DNA of 52,070 nucleotides from a virus. Lineage: Duplodnaviria; Caudoviricetes. Shown here piece by piece: positions 51,470-52,070 of this stretch; position 1 is the first letter of the stretch, and each line of letters starts with the position of its first letter. Made by a program: the position numbers and the translations under genes. Where the stretch lies: IMG/VR virus record IMGVR_UViG_3300036852_000324, positions 1 through 52,070 of that record. One strand, 5' to 3'. A model generated the notes under the pieces. It had not been told where the DNA came from. It worked only from the letters and a program-made list of their open reading frames with translations, and made no database searches.

Positions 51470-52070
51470 TCTCCTGGTGATTCCCGGGAATCTCTCCGGT
51501 GATTTCGAGACTGTGCGAACCGCGTGCCAGACGGGAAATCGCGAGGTTGCGCCTCGGATCCGGTCGGATCCCGTGCCGCCGGTTCACACTGCGACATGTA
51601 GGTGTGAAAATCCTGCCTCGGATCGACCGGCCGGGCCGATCGCCGGCCGAGGATCGCGGCCCGATTTTTCGAGGATCTGAGTCGCGCGATCCCCCGGCTA
51701 CGGAGCCGGAGATACCTGCCCGTCGATCGCGCGATGCCCCTGCCATCGCGCGATCCCTGCGTGTGGGCCGCAGTGCGTACCGCAGTACGTACCGGCATGA
51801 GCTCCCAGGAGATGCGCTCTGCGAGTTCGAGGCTCGGATCGGCCCCAACGTGCGCCCTCGCTCGCTGAACGCGATTCTAGGGCAAGCCAGGCGCGTTTTC
51901 AGGCCTGTTAGGCTGCGATGTCTCGGGCCGTGCGGATTGAAGCTCGGTTCGTAGTGGGTCGCAGTAAGTAGTTCAGTGTGTACTGCACAGAGGCTGCACT
52001 CCTACCGCAGCCTACATGGCTACCGTGTAAGCCGCAGTAAATATTGGGGGGTACACCCAGGACAGCCGAG
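51470..52070. other. Non-coding right end with short repeats and palindromes (candidate origin/packaging/control region)
   Basis: No convincing ORF; TCGCGCGAT x3, CCGCAGTRCGTA tandem, CGCAGTA recurrences. Confidence 0.45.

Noticed and set aside
51470-52070. tRNA or known structured RNA gene
   Set aside because: No cloverleaf with D/T-loop consensus or other recognisable RNA family seen by eye

Overview
The window looks like a complete or nearly complete ~52 kb, high-GC, contractile-tailed (myovirus-type) phage genome. Layout: (i) 1-412 and ~51470-52070 are non-coding, palindrome-rich ends. (ii) 413-6056 is a + strand cluster of small genes (XRE-HTH regulator, NrdR-type zinc ribbon, RuvC-like resolvase, MazG-like protein). 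(iii) 6034-30459 holds terminase plus a Mu-like head/tail/baseplate module (DUF935-type portal, protease/scaffold, gpT-type capsid, gp36, sheath, tube, frameshifted tail chaperone, tape measure, gpN, gpP, gp45-gp48 equivalents) and an SGNH/SASA esterase-PKD protein. (iv) 30511-32793 is the lysis module (overlapped spanins, holin, GH25 endolysin). (v) 32599-41718 is mostly - strand replication/regulation (DnaB-like helicase, SLOG protein, primase, ParB-like, LexA-like HTH), interrupted by a small + strand virion-protein-like island with an in-frame amber codon. (vi) 41783-45252 encodes RecT-like and Cas4-like/PD-(D/E)XK recombination proteins. (vii) 45249-51463 is a - strand accessory array of small genes joined by repeated RBS/stop/start junctions. 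I found no transposase, integrase, ParA, invertase, reverse transcriptase, tRNA or CRISPR array. The top candidates for something new are an orphan double-glycine lanthipeptide-like RiPP precursor with no modifying enzyme on the phage, and two tandem paralogues in the tail-fibre slot that carry lipoprotein signal peptides, their own promoters and a possible internal start. All family assignments come from motif recognition and synteny by eye; no database searches were run.
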